64,000 nt of DNA from Malacoraja senta (lineage: Eukaryota): assembly GCA_038087875.1 (NCBI GenBank), contig CM075988.1, forward strand, positions 23,934,001 to 23,998,000. Reading direction: 5' to 3'. The notes beneath the pieces are model-generated. The model worked only from the letters and a program-made list of their open reading frames with translations, did no database searches and had not been told where the DNA came from. Positions 11,835 to 24,399 of the stretch are shown one piece after another. The position numbers and the translations under genes are program-made. Each line of letters opens with the position of its first letter. The first letter of the stretch is position 1.

Positions 11835-12850
11835 TCACAGCTTGGTTTGGGGGACAGCTCCATCCAAGACCGCAAGAAATTGCAGCGAATTGTGGACGCA
11901 GCCCAGATCAACGCTCCATAGATGCTGCTGCACCCGCTGAGTTTCTCCAGCACTTTTGTCTACCTTTGATTTTCCAGCATCTGCAGTTCCTTCTTCAACA
12001 CTCAAACCAATCTCCCTTCTATTGACTCAATCTACACCTCACGCTGCCTCGGCAAGGCCAGCAGCATAATCAAGGACGAGTCGCACCCTGGCCACTCCCT
12101 CTTCTCCCCTCTCCCATCGGGCAAAAGGTACAGATGTGTGAAAACGCACACCTCCAGATTCAGGGACTTCCTTTCTAGCTGATATTAGGCAACTGAATCA
12201 TCCTACCACAACCAGAGAGCAGTGCTGAACTACTAGCTACCTCATTGGTGACCCTTGGACTATCCTTGATCGGACCTTGCTGGCTTTGCCTTGCACTAAA
12301 CATTATTCCCTTATCATGTATCTGTACACTGTAAAGGGCCTGTCCCACGGGCATGCGACTCCATGCGGCAAGCACGACCTAACCGCAAGCGGGGGCCGCG
12401 CGGAGGTCGAGTGATCCCCGTACAGGGCCGGTCCCACCAGCATGCGGCTGCATGCGGCAAGCGCTACCAAATTGGAAGCGGGGGCCGCGCGGAGGTCGAG
12501 TGACGTCGAGGCGGCGCGCACGGCCGCGATGCGGCTGCGGGGCAGCAGGCCGTGGCCGCACGGAATTTTTGAACAGTGTCAGTTTTTCGGAGCCCCGCGC
12601 GATGTCGGGACCAGCTCCGCCCAACTCCATACAGCTCCGGCAATCGAAGTGGGACCAGCCCCGCGACCTCCGCGCGGCCCCCGCTTGCGGTTAGGTCACG
12701 CTTGCCGCATGGAGTCGCATGCCCGTGGGACAGGCCCTTAAGTGGCTCGATTGTAATCATGTATTGTCTTTCCGCTGACTGGTTAGCAGGCAACAAAAGC
12801 TTTCCACTGTACCTCGGTACACAGGACCATAAAATAAACTTTAAGCTGTA
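11835..12850 (+). mobile_element. Rex/Babar-type LINE 3' fragment interrupted by a PLE-derived piece (11911-12000) and a MITE
   Basis: VTAWFG... and 'IIKDESHPGHSLFSPLPSGKRYR' coding remnants. The 3' UTR is shared with 44535-44815 and 47440-47690. Confidence 0.7.
12335..12738. mobile_element. PIF/Harbinger-type MITE, GC-rich, 75-bp TIRs, TAA TSD
   Basis: TIRs 12335-12409 and 12664-12738 (2 mismatches) begin AGGGCCTGTCCCAC. TAA at 12332-12334 and 12739-12741. Confidence 0.85.
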
Positions 12851-12879
12851 AACTATAAAACTATAAACTGCAAAACTAC

Positions 12880-13165
12880 AGCATGGAAACATACAGCAGG
12901 CCCTTTAGCCCACCGAGTCCGTGCCGACCAGCAATCGCCCCGTACACTAGCACGAGCCTACACACCAGAGACAATTTCCAGAAGCCAATTAACCTACAAA
13001 CCTGCATATATTTGGAATGTGGGAGGGAACCGGAGCACCAGGAGAAAATCCACGCAGGTCACAGGGAGAATGTACAAACTCCGTACAGACAGCACCCGAG
13101 GTCAGGATCGAACCCGTGTCTCTGGCGCTGTGAGGCAGCAACTCTACCGCTGTGCCACCGTGCCG
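12880..13165 (-). mobile_element. HE1-like SINE (near full length)
   Basis: Reverse complement of the tRNA-like head (ggcacggtggcacagcggtagagttgctgcc ... gggttcgatcc), body and tail. Confidence 0.85.
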
Positions 13166-13247
13166 CCTTAAAGATGAGGTGATAATGGCAGAGCTGATGC
13201 AAGGGACCATCTGGGCCTTTGGCAAATGCCAGAGTCAAAGACATTAA

Positions 13248-13556
13248 AGCCCCTGTCCCACTTTCCCGAGTTACTCACAAATTCTCCCGAGTTTTCCCCT
13301 TGATTCAAACTCGGAGGATGTCCGTAGGGAGTCCGTTGGAGTCCGTAGCGAGGCCGTAGATATTTAATAGCGGCTCGTAATGCCAGCCGTTGGTGCTCGG
13401 GGCATCAGGTAAGTCGGGACGTTTTTTCAGCATGTTGAAAAATGTCCACGAGTAAAAAAAATAGCCCCGGGTACTTACGGCTGGCATCTCCGAGTTTGAA
13501 TCAAGGGGAAAAGTCGGGAGAATTCGTGAGTAACTCGGGAAAGTGGGACAGGGGCT
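13248..13556. mobile_element. PIF/Harbinger-type MITE
   Basis: TIR AGCCCCTGTCCCACTTTCCCGAGTTACTCAC... at both ends. An empty-site paralogue lies at ~5490. Confidence 0.85.
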
Positions 13557-13904
13557 TTGGGGATTGGGGAAGGGACAGCGGAAACAGGATGAAAACAAAA
13601 TAACCGAGGCATGAAAGGAAAAAATAAAAATGAAATAACGCAACAAAAAGGAACTGCAGATGCTGGTTTATACCAAAGATAGATACAAAATGCTGGAGAA
13701 ACTCAAGAGATTCCGGCAGTATCTCTGGACAAAATATATAGGTGACGTTTCAGGTTAGGACCTTTCTACAGACAAACATGAAGATTAGAACTGGGGGAGA
13801 AGCAGACAGATAGATATGTCCCCCCATCTTCCCCCACTTGCACCGTTTACAGTGGATACATCAATTACAACTGTTCTGTCCCCGAGCTAAAGAGTTTAGT
13901 GGGT

Positions 13905-14195
13905 TTTTCTGTGTTACAGCGCGGAAACTGGCCCTTCGGCCCACCAAGTCTGCACCAACCAGCCATCCCCGCACATTAACACTATGTCACACGCACCAGG
14001 GCCAATTTACATTTACCAAGTCAATTAACCTACAAACCTGTACGTCTTTGGGGTGTGGGAGGAAACCAAAGATCTCAAAGAAAACCCACGTGGTCACGGG
14101 GAGAACGTGCAAACTCCTCACAGACAGCACCCGTAGTCGGGATCGAACCCGGGTCTCCGGCGCCGGAAGGCAGCAACTCTACCGCTGCGCCGCCA
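13905..14195 (-). mobile_element. HE1-like SINE
   Basis: Reverse-complement SINE head, body and tail. Confidence 0.8.
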
Positions 14196-14521
14196 TATTT
14201 GTACCTCTTCATCCTCACGGGCTCGCGCCTCTCTCTTCAACCCTGGCCTTTATCCAACAATCTGCCCATCTAATGACCCCCTCCCTCGCATGTGTTCAGC
14301 GATTACTGGCCACTCTCTGATCTGCCCCCTCCTCTCTCCCAGCTTTCTTTCCCACCCCCCCCCCCCCATAATCAGTCTGAAGAAGGGTCCCGACCCAAAA
14401 GGTCACCTATCCATATTCTCCACATATGCTGCCTGACCCGCTGAGTTTCTCCAGCACTCTGTGTCTATGTTTGGAATAGTTCCTTGTTATTAGATAAATA
14501 TGTTTGTAGCCACAATCTCAT

Positions 14522-15285
14522 TGACAATAGACAATAGGTGCAGGAGTAGGCCATTTGGCCTTTCGAGCCAGCACCGCCATTTAATGTGATCATGGCTGAT
14601 CATCCCCAATCAATACCCCGTTCCTGCCTTCTCCCCATATCCCCTGACTCCGCTATTTTTAAGAACCCTATCTAGCTCTCTTGAAAGCATCGCGAGAACC
14701 TGCCTCCACCGCCCTCGGAGGCAGAGAATTCCACAGACTCACCACTCTCTGTGAGAAAAAGTGTTTCCTCGTCTCCGTTCTAAATGGCTTACTCCTTATT
14801 CTTAAACTGTGGCCACTGGTTCTGGACTCCTCCAACATCGGGAACATGTTTCCTGCCTCTAGCGTGTCCAAGCCCTTAACAATCTTGTATGTTTCAATGA
14901 GATCGCCTCTCATCCTTCTAAACTCCAGAGTGTACAAGCCCAGCTGCTCCATTCTCTCAGCATATGACAGTCCCGTCATCCCGGGAATTAACCTTGTAAA
15001 CCTAAGCTGCACTCCCTCAATAGCAAGAATGTCCTTCCTCAAATTAGGGGACCAAAACTGCACACAATACTCCAGGTGTGGTCTCACTAGGGCTCTGTAC
15101 AACTGCAGAAGGATCTCTTTGCTCCTATATTCGATTCCTCTTGTTATAAAGGCCAACATGCCATTCGCTTTCTTCACTGCCTGCTGTACCTGCATGCTTA
15201 CTTTCATAGACTGATGTACAAGGACCCCCAGATCCCATTGTACTTCCCCTATTCCCAACTTGACGCCATTTAGATGGTAATCTGA
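14522..15285 (-). mobile_element. 5'-truncated CR1 LINE
   Basis: ORF 14668..15405 CR1 C-terminus and (GACAATA)n tail. Confidence 0.9.
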
Positions 15286-16180
15286 ATTGAAGGGGGAGTA
15301 GTGCATGGAGTCCTCCTGCCCCTGTGTTTGTGAAAAGAGTTCACCTCCGCTCTCAGCCGTCACGGCCGACTCTGCTGCGATTAGAAACATAAGTTCATAA
15401 GTCATTGGAGCAGAATTAGGCCATTCAGCCCATCAAGTCTACTCCACCATTCAATCATGGCCAATCATCTATCTCTCCCTCTCAACCCCCTTCGCCTGCC
15501 TTCCCCCCTTAACCCCCGACACCCATCCTAAACACAAATCTGACAATCTCCACTTTAAAAAAATCAGCTTTAAAAGGATAGAAACATAGAAACATAGAAA
15601 CTAGGTGCAGGAGTAGGCCATTCGGCCCTTCGATCCTGCACCGCCATTCGATATGATCATGGCTGATCATCCAACTCAGTATCCTGTACCTGCTTTCTCT
15701 CCATACCCCCTGATCCCTTTAGCCACAAGGGCCACATCTAACTCCCTCTTAAATATAGCCAATGAACTGGCCTCAACTACCTTCTGTGGCAGAGAATTCC
15801 AGAGATTCACCACTCTCTGTGTGAAAAATGTTTTCCTCATCTCGGTCCTAAAAGATTTCCCCCTTATCCTTAAACTGTGACCCCTTGTTCTGGACTTCCC
15901 CAACATCGGGAACAATCTTCCTGCATCTAGCCTGTCCAACCCCTTAAGAATAGTAAGATTAAACGAGAACTTACCTAAGTTTGAAGTTTGATCTTTATTT
16001 TATGAGGAGTTACGTAGGTGATTACGTGAAGAACCCCACCAGTGCGCCTGCGCGTCAATCTTCAAAGCAGCGGTGTGAAATCACAAAAAACAACAACCGA
16101 AGTAATATAGTCTCATAATAAAATGAGTAATACAAGAACTTCCATCTGACCTTTATGATAGAGGGTAGGGTCGTGGCGGG

Positions 16181-16294
16181 CACGTAATCACCTGCGTAAC
16201 TCCTCATAAAATAAAGATCAAACTTCAAACTTAGGTAAGTTCTCGTTTAATCTTACTATTTTACTTCGGAGTCACGTGAGTGACTACGTGAAGA
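16181..16294. repeat. DIRS internal complementary region (ICR)
   Basis: 16181-16258 is the reverse complement of 15951-16028 (77/78). 16258-16294 is the exact reverse complement of 25573-25609 (37/37). Confidence 0.93.
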
Positions 16295-16463
16295 TTTTAA
16301 AGCTTTGTGATTTCATGCCATGGATCAATCCCGGTTTCTCACTGCATTGATTGACTCGGAACGAGAAATAATCAATCATGCATTCATAATAACATTTGTA
16401 CCACAAATGCAGTAATTCATTTCAATAATGAAATTAATCAGATCCCCTTTAAACCAGAGGAAT

Positions 16464-17420
16464 TTACACAGAACTTAAAATAGTTTCTGCAAACAACCCC
16501 GCATTAACAATAGGCCGATGGTAAAAATGTTGAAACATCAACTCATTGGACCACCTGGCGGCTGCGAGGATATGGTCGACGGGGCCGTCTTTTGCCCTGT
16601 CCGCTGACGTTTCTGCTGCCCTAGTCGAGTGAGACGTAAAAACATAAGTGTTAATACCAGCAGCTGTTAAGACTTCTTTTATCCATCTGGAAATAGTCTG
16701 TATTGAAACTCTCTTGTGTGGTTTCTTGTGTGTGATCAACAACCCAGTTTCCGTATTTCTCAAATTCTTTGTAACCTCAATGTATTGTAACAAATATGTC
16801 TTAATACAGAGACATGGATCATTTGGATATACTGCTAGTATAATTTTAAATCCTGTCACACCTGGCCTAATTTGCTTTAGTAGGTCATAGATATAGAATG
16901 TAACCTTGTCTTCAGTTACTTCCATACTGTCTATTTGTAATTTTCCAAGTGTTTGCACTCGTTGTGCTGTCACTCATGCCATAAGCATTAATACTTTCAT
17001 TCTGAGCTTAGCCAAAGGTAAAGACACACTTGATGACCATTCACGAAGTAGTTTCAGTACCACACTTACATCCCAGATTGTCACGTACCTAGGTTTCGGT
17101 GGTTTGGAATTAAAGATTCCTTTCATTAGTCTGGAAACAATTGGGTGTGACCCAATTGGGTTTCTTTCTGACTCCAGAACCAAATATGAGGACAATGCAC
17201 TTCTGGCTGAATTAATTGCACTACAACTCAGACCTTCATCATAATAAAGTTTTGACAGAAATTCTAAACATTTGAAATATCTGCAGTACTTTATTGCACA
17301 TTCTTTTGTACACAGAACTCTTCCCATTTCTTAATATAAGACAGGTACTGTTTTTGAGTGCTCTTCCTCCAGGCTGCCGTAAGCATGTCCACAGTACGCT
17401 CAGACAGTCCTCGTCCCAGA
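16464..17420 (-). pseudogene. DIRS tyrosine recombinase (disrupted)
   Basis: N-terminal SAINSARSALS...IGSHPIVSRLMKG...PPKPRY domain (16974..17327), premature stop at 16974, then catalytic AQRVQTL, HSTRAA (HxxR) and ARWSNELMFQHFY. Confidence 0.9.
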
Positions 17421-17478
17421 AAAGGCATTCTTAAAACCTGCAAATCAACAAATCCAAACGATCATATAATGGATGTTG

Positions 17479-17826
17479 TTACCCTGTTACAGGGTGCAGC
17501 AATAAATTACTCCTTTTTGGGACTTTCATCAACATTTGTGTTGTTAATTCTAATATCAACGGATACCATGGCTGTGTAGGCCAATCTGGTACTACCAATA
17601 CCCTTGAAGCAGCATCTTGCCTGATTTTAAGCAAACATTGGCTTATGAGGAAGAAAGGTGGAAATATATATGAAAACATACCACCCCAATGTAGCGAGAA
17701 AGCATCAATCGCCACTGCTCCTGGATCTGGTTTCCATGAGACATATCTCGATAGCTGATGATTCAAGTCGATGTCGGGCATTCCAAATCTGATTACTATA
17801 TCATTGAATACCTCTTGATTCAACAT
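17479..17826 (-). pseudogene. DIRS Dam-like DNA methyltransferase domain
   Basis: FGMPDIDL...YVSWKPDPGAVAIDAFSLHW...YIFPPF...VVPDWPTQPWYP, the characteristic DIRS1 MT block following RNase H. Confidence 0.85.
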
Positions 17827-17829
17827 CCA

Positions 17830-18311
17830 TTCTTTATTATCATGGAACTTTCATGACCTGGTGTCTGCTATCGTGTTCATTCTACCTGGTAGATAGATAG
17901 CTGAAATCCAAATGTTCTTTTCAATACACCAAGACCAAAGTTGATTTAACTATTTTCTCACATGACACCGACTTAATTCCACCCATATCATTAATATAGG
18001 CAACTGCTGTTGTGTTTATTAATTTGAACTTGAACCTTCCTTTTAGTTGTGTTAGAACCACAAGCTTGGAGTCCATAGAAACCTCCTAAAAGCTCCAAAT
18101 AGGTAATTCCCCATGTCTGCAGTAACAATAACTCTTCCTGATTCCATCTGCCTCCGCAGCTAGATGTTAAGTCAGTTGCACCCCATCCTAATGCACTGGC
18201 ATCAGTTTGTAATATCATGGAAGGTTGTTCAATCAGCACTTTGCCTAAACTGCTTGAGACATGTAGAATCCACCACTGCAGATTAGAAACAGCATTTGTT
18301 GTTACTTGCAT
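17830..18311 (-). pseudogene. DIRS RNase H domain (frameshifted)
   Basis: LQWW...ILQTDASALGWGA...ITYLELLG, and ISAIYLPGRMNTIAD in another frame near 17870-17915. Confidence 0.85.
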
Positions 18312-18394
18312 GGTTCTTCTTCTTCTTCTTGTAGGATTCCGGCAGTGTAGACGCTGCTAAGCGTATTACTGCCCTCCACAGGTCAAAGTTTGAA

Positions 18395-21300
18395 CTAAAT
18401 TCTTACATACAGTCCTGTAACTTGCAGGAATTGAAGAACAGCCCTGGATATCAGTTGATGTTTCTCATTGTGTCCAAACAAAGATAAAACAGAAAAAGCC
18501 TCAACTCCAAGTCCTGTCAGTCTAACAAACAATACTTTTCTTTCTACCCTATACTTTTTACATTCTAGGAAAACATGCTTAACTGTCTCATTACTCCCAC
18601 ATTCACACAAGCCAGAAACATGTTTCCCTACAATGCACAAATAGTAATTTAACCCACAGTGTCCCAACCTCAATCTACACAGTTTAACTGAGTCCCTACG
18701 GGACAGAGATGTACAGAAACATATTTTCCTAACTTCAGATTGTATAGAAAAGTAGTGTCTACCCCTGACTTCCATTTCCCATCCTCTCTGCCATTCTTTT
18801 GTTAAGCCCTCTTTAATTATTTCTCTCAGTTCCACTCTCCCCAATGATACATGGATATCTATTTCTCTTCTTAAACTCTCCTTTGCTATGAGGTCCACCT
18901 GCTCATTCCCCCTCACCCCAGCATGCCCGGGAACCCAGCAAAAAGTGATGTTACACGCAAACCCAATTCTAGAAAACACACTCAAGATTTCATTTAGAAT
19001 ATGAGGACGAGCTTTAGATTTCCCTACTCTTAAAGTTTCAAGAGCAGCTGCAGAATCAGAACAGATAATGACTTCTCTAAAACTGGCTTCCTCAATCCAC
19101 CATAGAGCCCATTGAATTGCCATTAATTCAGTCGTGAGAACAGAACTTCCATCAGAAATGCGCCGGCCAATCTTCAACCCAAGCTGCTCCACATACACTC
19201 CAAACCCAGCTCTCCCACTAACTGGATCTTTAGATCCATCTGTAAAAACAATCAAAGTGCTCTCACTGATTGAATTAAGATATTCCACTATTCTTGGAGT
19301 CACCTCGCGCTTATCTTTTTCCTGAAGAAAAGCAAGCTCAATAAACAGTTCAGGAAGAACCCAATAGGGCACAGGTAGCCTTATTGTATGCTCTATAATA
19401 CCCCCTTGTTCCAAACCCAGCTTCCTAGCCCACTGATTTATAATGACAAAAAATGTGTTATATTTGTTACCATCATCAACCTCTTGCAACAAACACCTTG
19501 CTGGGAAGGTATCATTACACCCACAAAGTTTAGCCCAGTAATGTAACCCTAGCTTAATGCGCCTTAACCATAAGGGCATTTCTCCCATTTCAACAATCAG
19601 GGCAGGGACTGGGGAAGTCCTGAAGGCTCCACAGCAAAGCCTCAAAGCCTTTGCCTGCAACACATCTAGCCTAGCCAGAACAGTTTTAGACGCAGACCCA
19701 TACACAAAACACCCATAGTCAAGAGAAGATCTGATCATGGCCTGATAAATTAGCAGCATTGTCTTCCTGTTGGCCCCCCACTCACACCCAACCAGACTTC
19801 TCATAACATTCAGAACTTTTTCACACTTCAACACAATTTTACCTACATGCACAGCCCAAGTCATACGCTCTTCAAACCAAACACCCAAAAACTTAAAAAC
19901 CTTTACCTTCTCCAATAGAGACCCATACATATACAGCCCTAACTTAGGTAACTTTCTTTTAAAACCAAATACCATATATTTAGTCTTAGAGGCAGAGATT
20001 TTAAAGCCCCATGTGTTCCCCCATTCCTCTACAGACACTAACACTCTTTGAATCTGTTTTAAAACAAACTCTACATTACAACCTCTTTTCCAGATGGCCC
20101 CGTCATCTGCAAACAAAGACAGACCAAATCCTCTCTCTAATCTACAAAATATGTCATTTATCATGATATTAAATAAAACTGGACTGATAACACTTCCCTG
20201 CGGGGTTCCATTCTCTATTTCTACAGTCTCTGATCTGACACTACCAACCATTACTTGTATTGTTCTATTCAATAAAAAATCCTTAATCCAGTTGAACATT
20301 CGTCCCCTGATTCCCGTCAAAAATTTTAATCATTAATCCCTCCTTCCACAAAGAATCATATGCCTTCTCAATATCAAGGAATACACTCACTACTGTTTCC
20401 TTGCTTCTAAATGCCCTTTTAATATCCTGATCCAAAACTGATACAGACTCCATTGTAGACCTTCCATTCCTAAAGCCATTCTGTACATCAACAAATAGTC
20501 CTCTGGTTTCTAAAAAATAAACTAGTCTGTTGGTTACCATCCTCTCCATAATTTTACAGAGCACTGCTTTGAGCGCTATAGGGCGATATGAACTAGGGTC
20601 AGATGCCTCTTTGCCCGGTTTTAAAATAGGGACCACGACTGCATGTTTCCATTCCTTTGGTAAATAACCCTCTGCCCACACAGTATTAAACAAAGCTAAG
20701 ATTTCATCAAGTACAATATCATCCAGATGTTTAAATAACTCATACGACAACCTATCTCTCCCCGGGGTGGTATTTGCCCCAGACATAATTGCATCCTTCA
20801 ACTCTTTTATGGTAAAAAACAGATTAAAGGTATTATCATTTACTAAACTCCTCTCCAGCTTCCACTGATTAACTGCCATCATCTCGGTTCTCTTTCTACA
20901 CCTCTCCACTCCCATGCTCTCTGATCTATGCACTGCTTGAAAACTGTCAACACACATGTCTGCTTTTTCCTTATTGGTGACTGCTACCACCTCACCCTTC
21001 TGCAACACTGGTAACAAACTTCTTTTATATACTCCTGACATTCTACGCACAGCTGACCACAAATGCCTTACTGGAGTTTCCGGGCCTAGCGTACCACAAA
21101 ACTTCCTCCAACTATTCCTCTTTGCATCCTTTACAACTCGTCTTGCTACTGCCCTTAGCCGCTTGTACTCCATTGCATTGACCAAAATTGGATACTTTCT
21201 TAATTTTCGATAGGCTATATTCCTATTCCTTACAGCTTCATCACATTCTTTATTCCACCAAGGAACAGACATACGGGACCTAAGTTCCTGCTTCACAGGA

Positions 21301-22130
21301 ATAGTACAACAAGCTGCCTCATGAATCATGAGACTAATGGAAGTATTCCAACTATCTACAGAACCCTCACTATTAACCTCTCCAACTAAACTTTGAGCCT
21401 TCTCTTGGAATTTATCCCATTTGGCCTGATAAAGGTTATATCTAGGGACTTTCTTTTCCACTTCTCTCCTCAAATCCCTACCAAACCTACATACAATTGG
21501 ATAATGATCACTACCCAGTGTATATCTATCAATTACATCCCATTCACCAATTCTTGCTAAATTTGATGAAGCAATTGATAAATCTATGTGGCTGCAGGTG
21601 TTCCTCACAATATTATACCTAGACGGCCTTCCATCATTTAACAATACCAACTCATACTTGTCTAGAAATTCTTCAACAATAACACCATTTTTATCCCTGT
21701 GATCACTACCCCATAAAGGATTATGCACATTCAAATCTCCAATCCATATAACAGGACACCTTACCTTCTCCATTATCTCATCAAAACCTGACAATATCAA
21801 GGGTTGACAGGGGTTATAATAATTTATCACAATGATAGAATTCTGGCTGCTCCAAACTTCCACAGCCAAAACCTCAAGATTAGAATTAATATCAACTTTC
21901 CTATACTGCAACCCAGTCTTAACAAAAGTTGCACACCCCCCACCTGATCTATCAGACCTATCTAATTGCATACATTCATAACCTGGGATTACAAAATCTA
22001 GACAGGGCTTTAACCATGTCTCTTGGATACATATTAATTCTGGTGCTTCTTTAAATTCATCAACAAATCTCTTTAACTCTTGACCATTTCCAATCAGACT
22101 CCGGGCGTTCCATTGAAGTATATAAAACAT
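18395..22130 (-). CDS. LINE ORF2: AP endonuclease, RT, RNase H and CCHC finger, with one frameshift near 20320
   Basis: ILQWNARSL, ICIQETWL, GDLNVH, SDHYPI; SYRPIAL, FLDIEKAYD, GTPQGSVISP, FADDG; VFTDGSK, CSDS, WVPGHAGVRGNEQVD; CECGSNETVKHVFLEC. Confidence 0.9.
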
Positions 22131-22137
22131 GATGGTG

Positions 22138-23338
22138 TTAATGAGGATCACCATCATCCACCTCACTGACATACTCCATACTGCTAGCTCTCGACAACTG
22201 TGACCTCTCCATACACTGACTCTCTGTCATGTATTGATGCAACTTTTCTGGCAACTGCTTTACACTGAGGAACCTTTCAGCTGCCCCCACCACTAACCTG
22301 ATGATATCTGACCGGTTAGCTGCTTTCTTAGCTCCTACCAGCACATCAGAAACAAAAGACAGAAATGACTCCTTATTTAAAAATCAACATGTCAGATGGA
22401 AAAGCCGACGGCAAGTTTGGCACAGTGATCTGGCTTCCTAGCACCACTCTAGTCCCAGCGCTCACATCTCCGCGTTCTCTAGCCACCCTTTGAGCTGCCT
22501 CTGCATATGACACGTTGTTCTGATCCTTCACTTCCTGTACTCGCTTCGCCTGAACAAAGCGCTCACAACCATGAAACCCTGCTACATGGTCCCCATCACA
22601 GTTAGGGCACTTGGGAGCCTCTGCCTTGCAATTTTGTATTGCATGATCTCCACCGCACTTTGCGCACTTTCTTTTACCCCGACAAGACCCAGCAACATGT
22701 CCAAACCTCTGGCAGTTATAGCAGCGCAACGGTGGTTTAATGTACTCCCTCACTTGATACGCCATACTCCCAAGAAACACTCTCTGTGGCAGTACTCCAT
22801 CTTTGAACGTAAGCAGGACCGGCGGGTCCCTGACTCCATTCCTACTCTTAAATCTCACAACATCAATTACCTGGGCCCCCTTAACGTTTTCTAAGATCTC
22901 CTTCTCAGACAAGCCATCATACATCCCATACACCACTCCCTTTATTCCCTGCTCTCTTCCTCTAGGGACCAAACTCTCCACCTTGACCACCAACTTCCCC
23001 ACACCCCTAGCATCATTAAACTGTTTTCTGTCTTTGCAACAAACTCTTAACATCCCATTATACAGAATCTTGGCCTCAAAATCCCTACCTATCTGGCTCT
23101 CCAAAGCGGTGGTAATTTTTAATGGATTCACTGCTCTAAATCCTGCATCTCCTTGATTTGTTCCTTTAACTTTAAACAGCACAACGAATTCTTCAATAAT
23201 TCTAGTTCTCCTAACTTTACTTACTTCGTCTCCTGACACTTCGGGTCTTTCGCTCGATGCCTCTCTCTTAGAGCCCCCCTTTTCCTTACCTACAGTCTGC
23301 CACCCACCACCCTCAGAACCACCACTCCCTGAAGCCAT
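22138..23338 (-). CDS. LINE ORF1 gag-like zinc-knuckle protein, with one frameshift in a T-run near 22380
   Basis: PLRCYNCQRFGHVAGSC, CAKCGGDHAIQNC, CPNCDGDHVAGFHGC and SYAEA. Continues into ORF 22138..22344. Confidence 0.88.
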
Positions 23339-23470
23339 GGGCCTCTAGAATCTTTCTCCGTACGGTCGGTCATTAATTTCTACTCTTTTCTAATCTGCAA
23401 ATACGGTTCTCGTGGGAATATCACTTCAAAGAGAGCAGGTTTTCTTTGGCTGACCGCCCCGCCCATTTTC

Positions 23471-24330
23471 CTTGCTTGGTTCTATCAAAATGAGCAGCAT
23501 TTACTCTCAGTGCCTGTTCTTCTCTGCAGCTGTTGATAATGTAATGGTCCATACTGGACTGCTGGGAATCTACTAATTTTCCCAGTACTCGAGCCACCTG
23601 TCTGATTAGAGGTTTTTGCTCGTTTAACAGATTACTGCAATCTTTAATCAACTCCACCCTTTTTTCACTGGGCAAAGTAATTTGCATTTGGGCTGAATCA
23701 ATTGTGAACCCCAAATAATCAATCGAGGTACATGTTTTTAACCTTGATTTCTTTGGATGAATTTAGAAACCCCCAAACTTTCAAAAGTTTGATTTCATAA
23801 CTGCAACTGATGCTTCTGTTGACTGTTTTGTCCTTCCTATAATCAGGACATCATCCAGGTATGCCATTAGTACATGCCCCTGGCTCTCAGCAACCCCAGA
23901 ATTGATTTAAACAATTTTGTGAATATTCTGGGAGCGAACGTTAACCCATTAGGCAGAGCTTTGAACTGCCCTAATTGGTTCACCCATTTAAATTTTAAGA
24001 TACTTCATATCTTGCAAGTGAACAGACACTGAACAAAAGGATTCAGACTTGTCAAGTCTATAATCATCCTACATCCTTTTTTGATCGAGGGAATATATTT
24101 GACCCAAATTGGTGAATTTGGTAGACTGATTCTTCAATAACACCTTTTATATATAGGGTTTTGAAGCGCAGCTTGAACCTCCATTACTTCGCAAAGTGGA
24201 GAGTTCTGCTAGGAACATGCTGGACAGGCAAATCATAATTTGGATTGAATTCAATTCGAAATCCTTGTATATTATTCAGAATTACCACATCTGAAGTAAT
24301 CTTCTTCCAATGTTTATAGAAGAGACGTAA
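23471..24330 (-). pseudogene. DIRS reverse transcriptase (multiple frameshifts and deletions)
   Basis: VGGRLRLFYKHWKKIT...IQGFRIEF; QFKALPNGLTFAPRIFTK (~23910-23970); MAYLDDVLI (23841-23867); LGFTIDSAQMQITLP. Confidence 0.85.
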
Positions 24331-24399
24331 TCTGCCTCCAACTTTTGGACTTAATCCAGTTAGTATGTTCCCATGAGAACCAGGTCCACCTACCTCTTG

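Larger units (their letters stand above)
18318..23470 (-). mobile_element. Full-length I-group (Nimb-like) non-LTR retrotransposon
   Basis: ORF1 with three Cys/His knuckles; ORF2 APE-RT-RNaseH-CCHC; (AAG)n tail at 18314-18330; 13-bp TSD CTTGCATGGTTCT (18305-18317) / CTTGCTTGGTTCT (23471-23483). Confidence 0.92.

Noticed and set aside
14681..15214. Long antisense ORFs over CR1 copies (also 7678-8046, 9722-10126, 31881-32342)
   Set aside because: Shadow frames of the same CR1 sequence. Their recurrence reflects repeat copy number, not independent genes.
16464..17826. Prophage or bacterial contamination (integrase plus methyltransferase)
   Set aside because: These domains sit in DIRS order with RT, RNase H and an ICR, and are joined at base level to a vertebrate CR1.
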